From positions 320,001 to 384,000 of the forward strand of contig JAYQLI010000035.1 of the NCBI GenBank assembly GCA_038143065.1: 64,000 nt of DNA, written 5' to 3'. The position numbers and the translations under genes are program-made. Shown in pieces: positions 42,065-52,235 of this stretch. Every line of letters begins with the position of its first letter. The stretch's first letter is position 1. The notes beneath the pieces were generated by a model that was given only the letters and a program-made list of their open reading frames with translations, did no database searches and had not been told where the DNA came from. Origin of the DNA: Rhodospirillales bacterium (GTDB taxonomy: Bacteria > Pseudomonadota > Alphaproteobacteria > Bin95).

Positions 42065-42523
42065 CTAAGCTGCGAGAGCCTGGTGCTTCTTTGCCAAAAT
42101 TTTTCGAATGCTGCTCGCATTCTCTGCGGCTCTCAACTGATCCCTTATGTCATTGTTTCTTAATATCCTTGAGGCCATGGATAATGCTTTGAGGCAAGCG
42201 GACCCCGCATCTTCTGGAGCTAGAAGCATCAATATTAAGTCTACTGGTTCTCCATCAGGGCTTTCATATTCTACTGGGGATTTAAGGCGACCAAAAGCTA
42301 CAGCCAATTTATTTAGTCCCGCAACTCTTCCGTGAGGCATAGCGACCCCGCCACCAACACCTGTTGCCCCAAGCTGCTCTCGAGCAAGAAGTAGATCCAT
42401 AACTACCTGGGGATCTAAGCCGTTATCAGCTGAAAGCTTCTCGGATAATGCTTGTAGCGCCCTGCGTTTGCCATTTGCTTCAATGGCAGGAACAATAGTC
42501 GCGTGTAAAAAAAGTTCGTCCAT
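42065..42523 (-). CDS. ptsN: PTS nitrogen-regulatory IIA protein
   Basis: REQLGATGVGGGVAMPHGR (phospho-His), PVDLILMLLAP; downstream of rpoN. Confidence 0.92.
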   Translation of the reverse strand: MDELFLHATIVPAIEANGKRRALQALSEKLSADNGLDPQVVMDLLLAREQLGATGVGGGVAMPHGRVAGLNKLAVAFGRLKSPVEYESPDGEPVDLILMLLAPEDAGSACLKALSMASRILRNNDIRDQLRAAENASSIRKILAKKHQALAA

Positions 42524-42725
42524 TAACTGAGAACGTCCTTCGTTTCTGCGTGTGTTTGTTGATTTGAAGCTGTAGTCATCATAGGAAACCTGATCGAAAT
42601 TTTTTGACGAGACTAAGTTATCCCATACGAGTTTCTGATCTTACCTTCACAAAAATTTCCCATACAAAGATCTAGAATCGGTTTATTGTCCTGACGTGGT
42701 GAAGAGTCAAGATATCAAGCCCAAT

Positions 42726-44210
42726 CTAATGTTTATAAGATAAAGACGTTGATTGTCGTTTTCTTTGCGCAGACGGTGGGATGAACATTAATTCACGATA
42801 TTTAGCTACGGTGCGACGGGCGATTGATATCCCTTCAGCGCTTAACAAGCTAGCAATACTTTCATCTGAAAGCGCATTAGTGCTGTTTTCAGTTTCAATC
42901 AGCTTTTTGATCCTATGTCGAACTGATTCAGCAGATGAAGCTGTGCCATCTTGATTTTGAAGGGCGACGGAAAAAAACGATTTGAACTCCATTATACCCA
43001 TCGGAGTATCAATATACTTGCCATTAACAGTTCGACTGATCGTGCTCTGATGAACTTCTAACTCTTGAGCGATGTCTTTCAGAGTCATGGGCTTGAGAGC
43101 AATTACTCCCTCTCGAAAGAAGTTTTCCTGTTTTCGAACAATTTCTTCTGCGACTCTTATTATTGTAGAAGCGCGTTTTTCTAGTGCCCTTATTAGCCAT
43201 TTTGCTGATAGTAGATTATCGGTAATAAATTGACGCTCAGTTCTGTCTCGAAGAGCTTTTCGCGCGCCTGCTGAGTAATCAGCGTTTAAAAGAATGCTTG
43301 GAAACGCCTCTGGATTTAACTCAACGTGCCAGGAAAGGTCTTGTTCTGAGCTCTGCCGCATCAAAACATCTGGGATGAGAACTTGAATACTGGATTGCTC
43401 AAATGATGACCCAGGATTGGGTTCAAGATGACGGAGTTCCTCAATCATCTCTGATAATTCTTCGGAGCTCACCTCACACAGCTTTTGAAGTTCTTGATAC
43501 TTTCGTTTTGACAGAAGATGAAGATTATCTAGCATAATCTTCATTGGTGGATCTAAACGATTTATTTCCTTCAACTGCAGAGCAAAACATTCACCAAGAT
43601 TGCGAGCTCCAACACCTGTTGGTTCTAAAGTTTGTATGCGTTCCAACACATTGAGAATAGATATTTGATGTTGGCCCAACTCAGAAGCGACTTCATGTAT
43701 ATCTGTCCGCAAATATCCATCATTATCAATAGCATCTATTAGCCTGGCAGCAATCATCGCTTCATCAGCGGTATGACGCTCTAGATTAAATTGCATAAGC
43801 AAATGGTCTTGAAGCGAACTGCCTTGAACGAGTCTATTGGTAATAGAGCTAATTTCATTATTTTCGTTGGTGTTTTTAAATTGAGTATCTCGTGAATTAG
43901 TTTCAAAGCTTCTGGGTTCCCATGAGGACTTATTCGAAGCAGTCGATATAATCTTTTGTTCGGAGAATTCCCCTTTTTCTGGAGCGGAATTTAACTCGTT
44001 TTTAGGAATATTAGAGTTTTCAGAGTCTTGAGTGTCTGCAATTTCGGTGGTGACAACCTCATCTAAAAATGGATTTTTTTCTATTTCATCTTTTACAAAC
44101 TCATTTAGTTGATGATTGGTCATCTCAAGCAACTGAATGGATTGCTGTAACTTAGGAGTCATGACAAGGCTTTGAGCCTGTCTAAGATGGTGTGTTTGTT
44201 TCAGTGCCAT
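42726..44210 (-). CDS. rpoN: RNA polymerase sigma-54 factor
   Basis: QSLVMTPKLQQSIQLL, P.GVGARNLGEC, HQSTISR, RpoN box ARRTVAKYRE. Confidence 0.97.
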   Translation of the reverse strand: MALKQTHHLRQAQSLVMTPKLQQSIQLLEMTNHQLNEFVKDEIEKNPFLDEVVTTEIADTQDSENSNIPKNELNSAPEKGEFSEQKIISTASNKSSWEPRSFETNSRDTQFKNTNENNEISSITNRLVQGSSLQDHLLMQFNLERHTADEAMIAARLIDAIDNDGYLRTDIHEVASELGQHQISILNVLERIQTLEPTGVGARNLGECFALQLKEINRLDPPMKIMLDNLHLLSKRKYQELQKLCEVSSEELSEMIEELRHLEPNPGSSFEQSSIQVLIPDVLMRQSSEQDLSWHVELNPEAFPSILLNADYSAGARKALRDRTERQFITDNLLSAKWLIRALEKRASTIIRVAEEIVRKQENFFREGVIALKPMTLKDIAQELEVHQSTISRTVNGKYIDTPMGIMEFKSFFSVALQNQDGTASSAESVRHRIKKLIETENSTNALSDESIASLLSAEGISIARRTVAKYRELMFIPPSAQRKRQSTSLSYKH

Positions 44211-44252
44211 GGATTAATCGACTTCGATTAAAAAATCTTAGAAATTTTTCAT

Positions 44253-45035
44253 TTAAGATTTAAAAGAGTCTCCCAAATACACACGTTTAACGTCAGGGTT
44301 ATCAATTACTTGTTGGGGCGTGCCCTGCATTATAATTGACCCGTTATGCAAGATATAAGCACGGTCAACAACATCAAGCGTATCTCTGACATTATGGTCT
44401 GTGATTAGTACGCCAACCCCCATTTCAGTCAACTGCTTTACCAAGGATCGAATTTCAGAAACAGCTACTGGGTCAATTCCCGCGAGAGGTTCATCAAGAA
44501 GTAGAAAATTTGGTCGAGCGGCAAGGGCTCTTGCAATTTCCATTCGTCTCCGCTCTCCGCCTGATAAGGCTTGAGCTGGTGTCTTACAGATATGCTCAAG
44601 CCCAAAATCCGACAGAAGATTATCTACTAATTCGCGCCGCTTTTTGCGCACAGGTTCTACAAGTTCGATTGCGGCCAATAGATTTTCTTCAACGGACATA
44701 CCGCGAAAAGCTGAAGGTTCTTGCGGAAGATATCCCACACCAAGTCGGGCTCGCCGGTAGAGTGGAAGTTTTGTGATATCAACGCCATCCAATAAAACTT
44801 GTCCGCTGTTAGGACTAGAAAGGCCACATAATATATAAAAACATGTGGTCTTCCCTGCTCCATTCGGCCCTAGCAAGCCAACGGCTTCACCTCGTTTAAT
44901 TTCAAGGCTTACATCACGTAAGACGGGCTTTTGACGCCAATATTTACTAAGGGCATTAGCCCTTAGACCATTGTTTAATGCCTCAGTGTGCCTACCGTTA
45001 GTAATAAGTTTTTCGTTCGTGGGATCGATTGGCAT
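44253..45035 (-). CDS. lptB: LPS export ABC transporter ATPase
   Basis: GPNGAGKTT, GYLPQE, LSGGERRR.EIARALA, ITDHNVR, VYLG. Confidence 0.96.
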   Translation of the reverse strand: MPIDPTNEKLITNGRHTEALNNGLRANALSKYWRQKPVLRDVSLEIKRGEAVGLLGPNGAGKTTCFYILCGLSSPNSGQVLLDGVDITKLPLYRRARLGVGYLPQEPSAFRGMSVEENLLAAIELVEPVRKKRRELVDNLLSDFGLEHICKTPAQALSGGERRRMEIARALAARPNFLLLDEPLAGIDPVAVSEIRSLVKQLTEMGVGVLITDHNVRDTLDVVDRAYILHNGSIIMQGTPQQVIDNPDVKRVYLGDSFKS

Positions 45036-45057
45036 TAAGGCTTACCTTGAGGTGAAA

Positions 45058-45759
45058 TTAAGCCCCGAACCCGGCCAGTAGAAGAGGGTTTTTGGTATTT
45101 GATCCTGAAATTCGACTGATTCCAGACTTAAAATCAAAACTGGCCATTCCCCCTAAAAGTACATTATCACCGCGTGTAATTCTTATATTGCCCAAAACTT
45201 CAGCTAATTGTTTTTTTAAGTCGTATATAACTTCGTCAGCCTTAATAACCTCGTTGGCCGTGCTTATTTCGATGCCCCCGCGCGCGAATGCCCGTTGGTC
45301 ATTTAAGTGATATTCAATCTCTTTATTGGCGACGAGTTTAATATTCTTATTCCAATACGAGGTGTTTTTTCCAGAAAGTATTATCGAATTATTATCTGTA
45401 TTAATTTTTGCCAAATTGCTTGTTGCTCTGTCATCCTTATTTTTTATTTCAATATTTCCTTCAGCGATAATTTGATAAATTTCAATTTTTTTGTCTTTAC
45501 CATCTCTGTAATTCGCTGAGATCTTATTCGCTTTTAAAATTAAGTCTCCTCTACTAACGACCGCTTTCCCGGCCGCCACAAATGTGCGTTTTCTTTGGTC
45601 CCATTCCACACTATCTGCCGCGTCTAGAGAGATTGAATTATCCCCTGAAGGAAGAAATGTCTCTGCATTTGAGAGGTGCGGAACGCCGGTTAGGGCGAAT
45701 AACAGTAGTACTGCTCCATATACCTTCAATTTCCATTTCCTCTCATTGAGACGGGCCAT
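45058..45759 (-). CDS. lptA: LptA/OstA-family periplasmic LPS transport protein
   Basis: Signal peptide, beta-jellyroll-like repeats (A.G...V..GD..L.A; A.GNI.I); lies between lptC and lptB. Confidence 0.75.
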   Translation of the reverse strand: MARLNERKWKLKVYGAVLLLFALTGVPHLSNAETFLPSGDNSISLDAADSVEWDQRKRTFVAAGKAVVSRGDLILKANKISANYRDGKDKKIEIYQIIAEGNIEIKNKDDRATSNLAKINTDNNSIILSGKNTSYWNKNIKLVANKEIEYHLNDQRAFARGGIEISTANEVIKADEVIYDLKKQLAEVLGNIRITRGDNVLLGGMASFDFKSGISRISGSNTKNPLLLAGFGA

Positions 45760-46363
45760 TAAGGAGGACTTTTTGTGTGGCAGTATCTATTGAGAACCCT
45801 CTAGAATTTATTGTGACCGAAGGGTCTTCGATCTGGGCTAGGCCGAAACCCCGAGCGATTATGCCTTGAGAGCTATTCCAAATTTCAGCAGCCTGCGTTT
45901 TGATTTTTCTACCATCGGAGTGCTCAGCTATTACCTCACCCTCAAGCCAAAGACGATTTTCTGATTGTACAAGTTTTCCAGTATGAGCTGTTATTCTAAC
46001 CAGAGCATTTTTATCTAAGTCATAAAATGCATCTAAGTCTTTCATTACTAACTCGTTATTGCCTTTGTTAGCAATTGTGCCTTGTTCGGCTGCAAACGTG
46101 AAAGAGTTTCCCAAACTTAGACGACCATGCACTTTGGGTTCTTTAATTTCAATTAAGGCTGGGATCATTCCTTCAGAAACAGAAACAGGATCGGGTATAC
46201 GGCCGGATCCTGTATTGAGGGTAACCAGCATAAGTAAGATTAAAGTTATTAGAAGGGTCCAGCGCAACTTTCGTGTGATAGAGGACCAATAAATTACTTT
46301 GGCAGAATTCACTCGAAGCTCGGGTGAATGACGCGTGTAACAGTTGTTAAATCCTTCAGACAT
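45743..46363 (-). CDS. lptC: LptC-like LPS export protein
   Basis: Single N-terminal TM helix followed by a beta-rich domain (ITA..G...LWLEGEV); position in the rnd-lptC-lptA-lptB cluster. Confidence 0.7.
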   Translation of the reverse strand: MSEGFNNCYTRHSPELRVNSAKVIYWSSITRKLRWTLLITLILLMLVTLNTGSGRIPDPVSVSEGMIPALIEIKEPKVHGRLSLGNSFTFAAEQGTIANKGNNELVMKDLDAFYDLDKNALVRITAHTGKLVQSENRLWLEGEVIAEHSDGRKIKTQAAEIWNSSQGIIARGFGLAQIEDPSVTINSRGFSIDTATQKVLLNGPSQ

Positions 46364-46375
46364 GCCCTTTTTATA

Positions 46376-47032
46376 TCAAGAATGAGCGAAGATATCGACA
46401 TTCTCCCAACCAGAAAGGTCTAAAGCAGCCCTAGTTGGAAGGTATTTAAAGCTAGCTTCTGCGAGGTCCATTCTTCCTTCGCGTAGAAGCATTTCCTGAA
46501 GTTTTGATTTGAGTTTATGTAGATGTAGAACATCACTAGCTGCGTAGCCAATCTGTGCATCGCTTAATTTTAAAGAACCCCAATCTGAAGATTGTTGTTC
46601 CTTAGAGATTGAGACCCCAAGGAGTTCACCGCAAATATCTCTTAAGCCATGACGATCAGTGTAAGTACGCACGAGTTTTGATGCTATTTTTGTGCAGAAG
46701 ACGGGGCTTGACTCTATCTCGAGGTCACGAAGCAAAACCATGATGTCAAATCTTCCAAAATGGAAGATTTTTTCAACTTTTTTATCACCTAGTAATTTGC
46801 GAAGTCGAGGAGCCGAGTAATCAGGCTGAAGACCATTTTTTTCTCGTGGAAACTGTACCAAATGAGCATCACCATCCCCGGCGGAAAGCTGCACAAGGCA
46901 TAGTCGGTCACGTTTTGGGTGAAGGCCGGTTGTTTCGGTATCGACAGCAATGGCATTACCAAATGCAAGTCCGTCTGGAAGATCGCCTATATGGAGAAAA
47001 ATTTGCCAAGGTTCGCTCCGTCGGTGACGCAT
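46376..47032 (-). CDS. rnd: Ribonuclease D (short alphaproteobacterial type)
   Basis: GDLPDG, AVDTETTGL..RDRLCLVQLS, FHFGRFD, CTKIASKLVRTYTDRHGL, SKEQQSSDW, YAASDV, DIFAHS. Confidence 0.93.
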   Translation of the reverse strand: MRHRRSEPWQIFLHIGDLPDGLAFGNAIAVDTETTGLHPKRDRLCLVQLSAGDGDAHLVQFPREKNGLQPDYSAPRLRKLLGDKKVEKIFHFGRFDIMVLLRDLEIESSPVFCTKIASKLVRTYTDRHGLRDICGELLGVSISKEQQSSDWGSLKLSDAQIGYAASDVLHLHKLKSKLQEMLLREGRMDLAEASFKYLPTRAALDLSGWENVDIFAHS

Positions 47033-47119
47033 TGGTGCCCAGGAGAAGACTCGAACTTCCACGACCTTTCGGCCACAGGTACCTGAAACCTGCGCGTCTA
47101 CCAATTCCGCCACCTGGGC
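47033..47119 (-). tRNA. tRNA-Leu (anticodon CAG)
   Basis: Reverse complement is GCCCAGGTGGCGGAATTGGTAGACGCG-CAGGT-TTCAGGT-ACCTG-TGGCCGAAAGGTCG-TGGAAGTTCGAGTCTTCT-CCTGGGCACCA: long variable arm, encoded CCA. Confidence 0.97.
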
Positions 47120-47183
47120 TAGGGCAGTCAAAAACAATCTGACTGATCGGAGCGGCGTCAATAACGCTTAAAATGGCGGATTG

Positions 47184-48394
47184 TCAACGTATTCGCATGA
47201 GCAAAAATGCGAGAAGGCCTAACGAAGGATATAATGCAACCAATATCGGCATTAACTGACCAGGAGGGTAGGGGACGATGAGAATTATCAATCCGGCCGT
47301 AGCTCCTGCTGACATTTGTAAAAAACCAATAAGAGCAGAGGCGGAACCAGCCATATCTCGAAATGGTAATATAGCTCCTGCAATGCTATTGGGTCTTAAA
47401 ATACCCATCCCAAACATCACGACCGTCATTGGCACTATGATTGCTGTCCAATGATTGGCATCAATTAACCACGAGATAGCCATAGCCCAACCACCTGAGG
47501 TTGAGGCTATGATTCCAATCAAAATTGACTTTTGCAAACCAAGTCGAGGGGAAAGCCTGGTTGATAGAGTAGCGCCAGCAACTAAGCCGATCATGACACC
47601 TCCAAACATGAAACCAAATTCTCGTGTAGAGACACCCAAATCTTCTTGGAGGGCAAATGTTGCCGAGGCTAAAAAAGTGAATAGCGCTCCGCCTGCAAAG
47701 AGAGAAGGTAATGCATACGCTAAAAATTGGCGATGTAGACATATTCTTTGGTATCGTTTCGCCAAATTACTAAAATTTAATGACTGTGCTGTATTAGTTG
47801 TGGGTCTAGTCTCTGAGAGAAGTAGTGCAACAAGGATAACATGATCCCACCGCTTGCTGCTAATGTCCAAAAGATACCCCGCCAATCTGAAAATTCTAAA
47901 AGTATAGATCCAATAGAGGGAGCTAAAATTGGGGCAAAGCCCATTCCAGCGGTAACAATTGACATAGCCTTTTGTATGCCTGGCCCATCATGAATATCTG
48001 CCACGATAGCTCGTGCTGCTACCGGTGCTGTACAGGCAGCTACTCCTTGCAAAAGACGGGCTGCAAGGAGTGATTCTAGGTTGGGCGCAATGGCACACAG
48101 AACTGAAAAAATTAAATATAAAAGTAGACCTACTAATAGGATTAAGCGTCGACCATAGCGATCTGATATTGGTCCAACAACAAGTTGTGCGATTGAAAAC
48201 CCAAGCAGGAAAATACCAACCATTAATTGGGCTTGTGAGGAATTTGAATTGAGAGCAATAGCTAAGGCGGGAAGTGCAGGCAAAGCCATATCAATCGAAA
48301 GTGGCGTCACTCCAGTTAACAACGTGAGGATGACAATTACGGTTAAAGACGTTCCTTTGACAGCAAAAGGAGCATTTTGAGAAAACGTCTTCAG
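47184..48394 (-). CDS. Bcr/CflA family multidrug efflux MFS transporter (indel at ~47840-47880)
   Basis: PLSIDMALPALP, GPISDRYGRR, AARLLQG, APILAPSIG, AGSASALIG. The frame is open up to the upstream gene's stop. Confidence 0.88.
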
Positions 48395-49224
48395 TTTGAT
48401 TGTCCAGTTTTATCATCAGCATCAACATTTAGAGCATCTGCTCGTGCTACAGCTGCGGCTAATTTCTCTTCTTGAGATTTTAAATTTTTTTTCGCATCCT
48501 GAACGTAGGCAGTCCATCGAATTCCAGTCATGAAAATATGATGAACACACCGTCCCCAAAAACGCAGTGGACGATCAACGTCTAGAAGAAGTACCACGCG
48601 GCGTTCATCAGTATCATTGTGGACTTCATGGTCAAAGGTATCGTCAAAAACAAGGCATTTATCGACTTCCCATGAGACTTGTTGATCATGGATTCTGATC
48701 CAGCAATTCTCAGTATCTTTTGGAACTATAAGAGCTAGATGGCCTCGAATTACGCCCTTAGTGACTCCTTTGTGCGGAGGGATTCGGTAATTAGGTGCAA
48801 GAATTGAGAAGAAAGCAGTTCTAAGATGTGGAATTTGCTCTAGAGCACGAGTGGTTTCCGGGCATCTTAAACAGTTAGCTTCCGATTTATATCCAAAACC
48901 AAATAGCACAAATGTTTGCCAGTTTTCACCCTTGGAAATTTTAGCTTGATCAGGGGAGACTTCATGGAAGTAAGGAATGTTAGCAGGTGTTTCGAGTACA
49001 CCGAGTAATTCTTGTCGGATAATATCAACTTTAGCTTCCAGAGATTTTGCCCAATCAAAGTTTTCAGTTTGAAAAACAGGCATGTCGCCAACCCTAGACT
49101 GCTTTCCAAGGAAGCTACCAAGCTGGCGAATAAGATTTTTGCCTGTTTTTTTGATAAAGCTACGCCGCTTTCGACGGATTGTTTCGATTAAGTTATGCTC
49201 TGTTGTCATATTGGCATTGGCCAT
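48391..49224 (-). CDS. Aspartyl/asparaginyl beta-hydroxylase (LpxO-like Fe/2OG dioxygenase) domain protein
   Basis: W.TFVLFGFG, CP.T, AFFSILAP..RIPPHKG, RGHL.LIVP, FDDTFDHEV.N.TD..RVVL.LD. Confidence 0.88.
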   Translation of the reverse strand: MANANMTTEHNLIETIRRKRRSFIKKTGKNLIRQLGSFLGKQSRVGDMPVFQTENFDWAKSLEAKVDIIRQELLGVLETPANIPYFHEVSPDQAKISKGENWQTFVLFGFGYKSEANCLRCPETTRALEQIPHLRTAFFSILAPNYRIPPHKGVTKGVIRGHLALIVPKDTENCWIRIHDQQVSWEVDKCLVFDDTFDHEVHNDTDERRVVLLLDVDRPLRFWGRCVHHIFMTGIRWTAYVQDAKKNLKSQEEKLAAAVARADALNVDADDKTGQSN

Positions 49225-49332
49225 ACCAAAAAACCTGCTGATTAGAAACGATGCGGGGAGAACATGGCGAAGGCTGCTTTTTAACGCAAGTCGCCTTATG
49301 TATTTATTTTGTAATGCCAAAGTGGTGAAAGC

Positions 49333-50298
49333 GTGATTGAAAATTTTGAAGTCTTAGCCCACGCAGACTGGTCAGTACGCAAATCGGGCCGATGGCTTGT
49401 GACAGCCGAACCTTTTAAGGGAAAGTGGCGTATCAATGAGCCCGTTATGGTGAATGTGAAGGGGCTGTTGGGTGAGGACATAGGGAGCCGTGGAATGCTT
49501 GGGGTCGATGTACCTATCGGCGTTCCAATACACTGGGCTAAGTCAGTCAAAATAGACTGTTTTCTTAGAGCTTTAAAAAATTTTGGCGAGGGCCGCTGGG
49601 TAGATACACTCCATCCCGCTGTCACAGCAGATCAGATAAGCTTATTTCGTCCTTTTTATCCGCAAAAACCTGGTGGTGCTAAGCAAGTGCATATTTTAAA
49701 AGCTTTAGACGCGTGCCATATAAACTTGCTTCGCAGACATTGTGATTTCGATCAAGAAGGTAGACCCGCTGCTTCTCCGCTTTTCTGGACTCTCGGCGCC
49801 GCTCAAGTTGGAAAGGCAGCCATAGATTTTTGGCTCAGTGTGCTTAGGCCAGCAGTCCTAGCCGAGCAAGTCCATGTGTGGCCATTTCATGGAACGCTTG
49901 AGGAACTTGCAAATAAGGCCAAACCTATCGTTGCTGAAACTTATCCAGGCGAAGCATATTCTTGGTTTAACCTAGAGATTACTAACAACAATAGGAGTAA
50001 AAGACGGATTGATGATCGATTGCTCGATTCACAACGCCTTCTGGAAGTTGTTTCAAAACTTGATTTTGATTTGGATCCAAACGCTGAAGAGCAGGTGATC
50101 AATGGCTTCAAAAATGGTGGTGAAGATGCTTTTGACGCATTCATTGGATTGCTTGCCGTTGTATCTGTTGTAAAAGGTCAACGACCGGAGCCGGTAATCC
50201 GGGATGATGCTGTTATGCAAACTGAGGGCTGGATCTTAGGTAGGAAGCCGGGACCGCTTACTTTCGGCATGATGAGTGAAAAACGCAACTCTGTGTAA
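49333..50298 (+). CDS. DUF429 family protein (predicted RNase H-fold nuclease)
   Basis: HADWS, GVDVPIG, FWTLGAAQVG, VWPF, AETYP, DAFDA, EGWIL. Confidence 0.7.
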   Translation: MIENFEVLAHADWSVRKSGRWLVTAEPFKGKWRINEPVMVNVKGLLGEDIGSRGMLGVDVPIGVPIHWAKSVKIDCFLRALKNFGEGRWVDTLHPAVTADQISLFRPFYPQKPGGAKQVHILKALDACHINLLRRHCDFDQEGRPAASPLFWTLGAAQVGKAAIDFWLSVLRPAVLAEQVHVWPFHGTLEELANKAKPIVAETYPGEAYSWFNLEITNNNRSKRRIDDRLLDSQRLLEVVSKLDFDLDPNAEEQVINGFKNGGEDAFDAFIGLLAVVSVVKGQRPEPVIRDDAVMQTEGWILGRKPGPLTFGMMSEKRNSV

Positions 50299-50318
50299 CT
50301 AAACTAGGAGAGCTGTAA

Positions 50319-51558
50319 GTGTGGGCTCGAGTAAAGCTTAAAATTGGTTGGTTGGATTTAGCTTATACCTTGTATTCCGCAATTCGAGGTGGAAAAAGGG
50401 AGCGGCTCAGTCAAGAATTAGAGAAGTATTGGTCCTCACAAGGAGAGGCCCTGGTTTGCTTCTCTGTGCGTGGTGGGTTTGACCTTCTTCTCCAAGCTAT
50501 GCTTGCCGAAGGCCGTCTAGAAGAAGGCGATGAGGTAATGTTCTCAGCGTTAAATGTTAAGCAGATGGTTCGTGCGGTTGAGCGTTTAAACCTCGTGCCA
50601 GTTCCTGTTGACCTAGATTTAGACGATATGTCACCGTCGATAGCTGCTGCCGAAAGGGCCGTGAATTCAAGAACAAAGTTATTTGTTGTGGCTCATCTTT
50701 TTGGTGCAAGAGTTGATCTTAGACCCTCTTACGAATTTTCGCAGAAACATAACATCCTTCTTATTGAGGATTGTGCTCAAGCCTATGACGGTAGCATTAA
50801 TAGGGGTCGGAATTTGCTGATATTGCGATGTTTAGTTTCGGTCCAATCAAAACAAAAACATGCCTCGGTGGGGCTGTTTTAAGCATTAAAGACGTCACTT
50901 TACGGCAAAGAATGCGCGAAATATTAGCAACTTACAATGTTCAATCAAACTTTGATCATGCAAAACGAGCAGTCGTTTTTGCTGCTCTAAAAATAATAAC
51001 TACACGTCCCATGTTTTGGCTTTTGGATCGTGCTTTTCGTCTGAAAGGCCGAAGCTTTGATGAAGGCCTTTCGAATGCTGTTCGTGATGTGGCTAAACAA
51101 AAAACGCCCAAACAATTGCGTCGCCAATGTTCTGCGGCGCTGCTTCGTCTAATGCTTAGGCGTCTTAAGCAAGATGTTTCTCAGGAGTTGGAAGATAGAA
51201 CCCGTCTGGGTCGCAAACTAAAATCGTTAATTGGCCCCCATGGTTTTTTACCTGCTGCAAAGTCAACTTATCATGATTATTGGGTTTTCCCCGCAATAGT
51301 AGAGAACCCTCAAGCAACAATTTCGGCACTTCGCAAGGCGGGATTTGATGCTTGTGATCTCCCACGTTCAGAAGCAATTAAGCCCCCGCGAGGTAGGGAA
51401 GACCTTAAAGCAGTAGTTGCAGAAGCGGCTCTTGCTAAGCTTATCGTTCTACCTTGCTACTCTGGTATGCCAAATAAGGTATTAGAGAATGAAGCAGGGT
51501 TTTCAATAAAGTTGCCGCAGATCCTTCAATCCCAAATCCAGTTTTCAAACAGGCTTGA
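50319..51558 (+). CDS. DegT/DnrJ/EryC1/StrS-like PLP-dependent aminotransferase (indels at ~50810 and ~51500)
   Basis: SVRGGFDLLL, VPVDLD, VAHLFG, LIEDCAQA, FSFGPIKT.T.LGG, YWVFP, VLP.Y. Confidence 0.82.
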
Positions 51559-51562
51559 ACAT

Positions 51563-51599
51563 AAAATAAAAAAGCCGGCTACAAACGTTGTAGCCGGCT
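51563..51599 (-). terminator. Rho-independent terminator (possibly bidirectional)
   Basis: Perfect 12-bp inverted repeat AGCCGGCTACAA-ACG-TTGTAGCCGGCT with an A-tract on the left, between convergent genes. Confidence 0.85.
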
Positions 51600-51627
51600 G
51601 AAACAAAATTATTTTGTGAGTGTTTGT

Positions 51628-52213
51628 CTACGCAGCTGCTTCTGAAGTGTCCGCTTCTGCTGGACTAGCTTCCACACCTAAAGCTTCTTTAATGGCCGTA
51701 ATGAAATCTTCGGTCGCTTGTGTTTGCATGAGAGTAATTAACTGGCCATCAATATGTAACGGTACATCTACTATAGAGGCGCCAGCTTCTTGAAGCTTTT
51801 CTGCTGCTGATTGGGGGCACATAGTGAGCGCCCTTTGGCAACTTCAGCATCCACAAGGAGCGTGGACGCGTCATCCGTGAGAGCAACTGGTTTACCTGCC
51901 TCTAGCATCCCTTTAAGGACCCGCTTTGAGTGCGCATTACGTATCAATGTCTGCGTCGACCGCTCACCACCTGGAGTTAGAAGTAGATCAAATTGGCTTG
52001 GGAGTACGTCATTTATTTTTTCATCAACGAAGAAGTTATGCCCCCATCCTTCGTCGTGCCATCCGTTAGCAACGCCTATTTCGGGTGAAACGATTGAGGT
52101 TTGAGCACCGGCGGCGATCAACGCCTTTTGACGGTAGTCATGTGCTGTTCAATGAAACCAGAAGCTACCATGATTGCAATTTTCTTGCCGGCGAGGGGTT
52201 TATTGCCCTGCAT
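51628..52213 (-). CDS. DJ-1/PfpI family protein lacking the nucleophile-elbow Cys (two indels)
   Basis: LAGKKIAIMVASGF.E, AGA...IVSP, FDLLLTPGG, GKPVALTDDA (canonical KPVAAICHG), DGQLIT. AAGGAG RBS before ATG 52213. Confidence 0.8.
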
Positions 52214-52235
52214 ATATTGTCTCCTTCTTGATATT

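Noticed and set aside
47033-47161. N-terminal extension of ribonuclease D in the ORF track
   Set aside because: It is a chance open frame through the tRNA-Leu gene; RNase D similarity starts only at ~47000.
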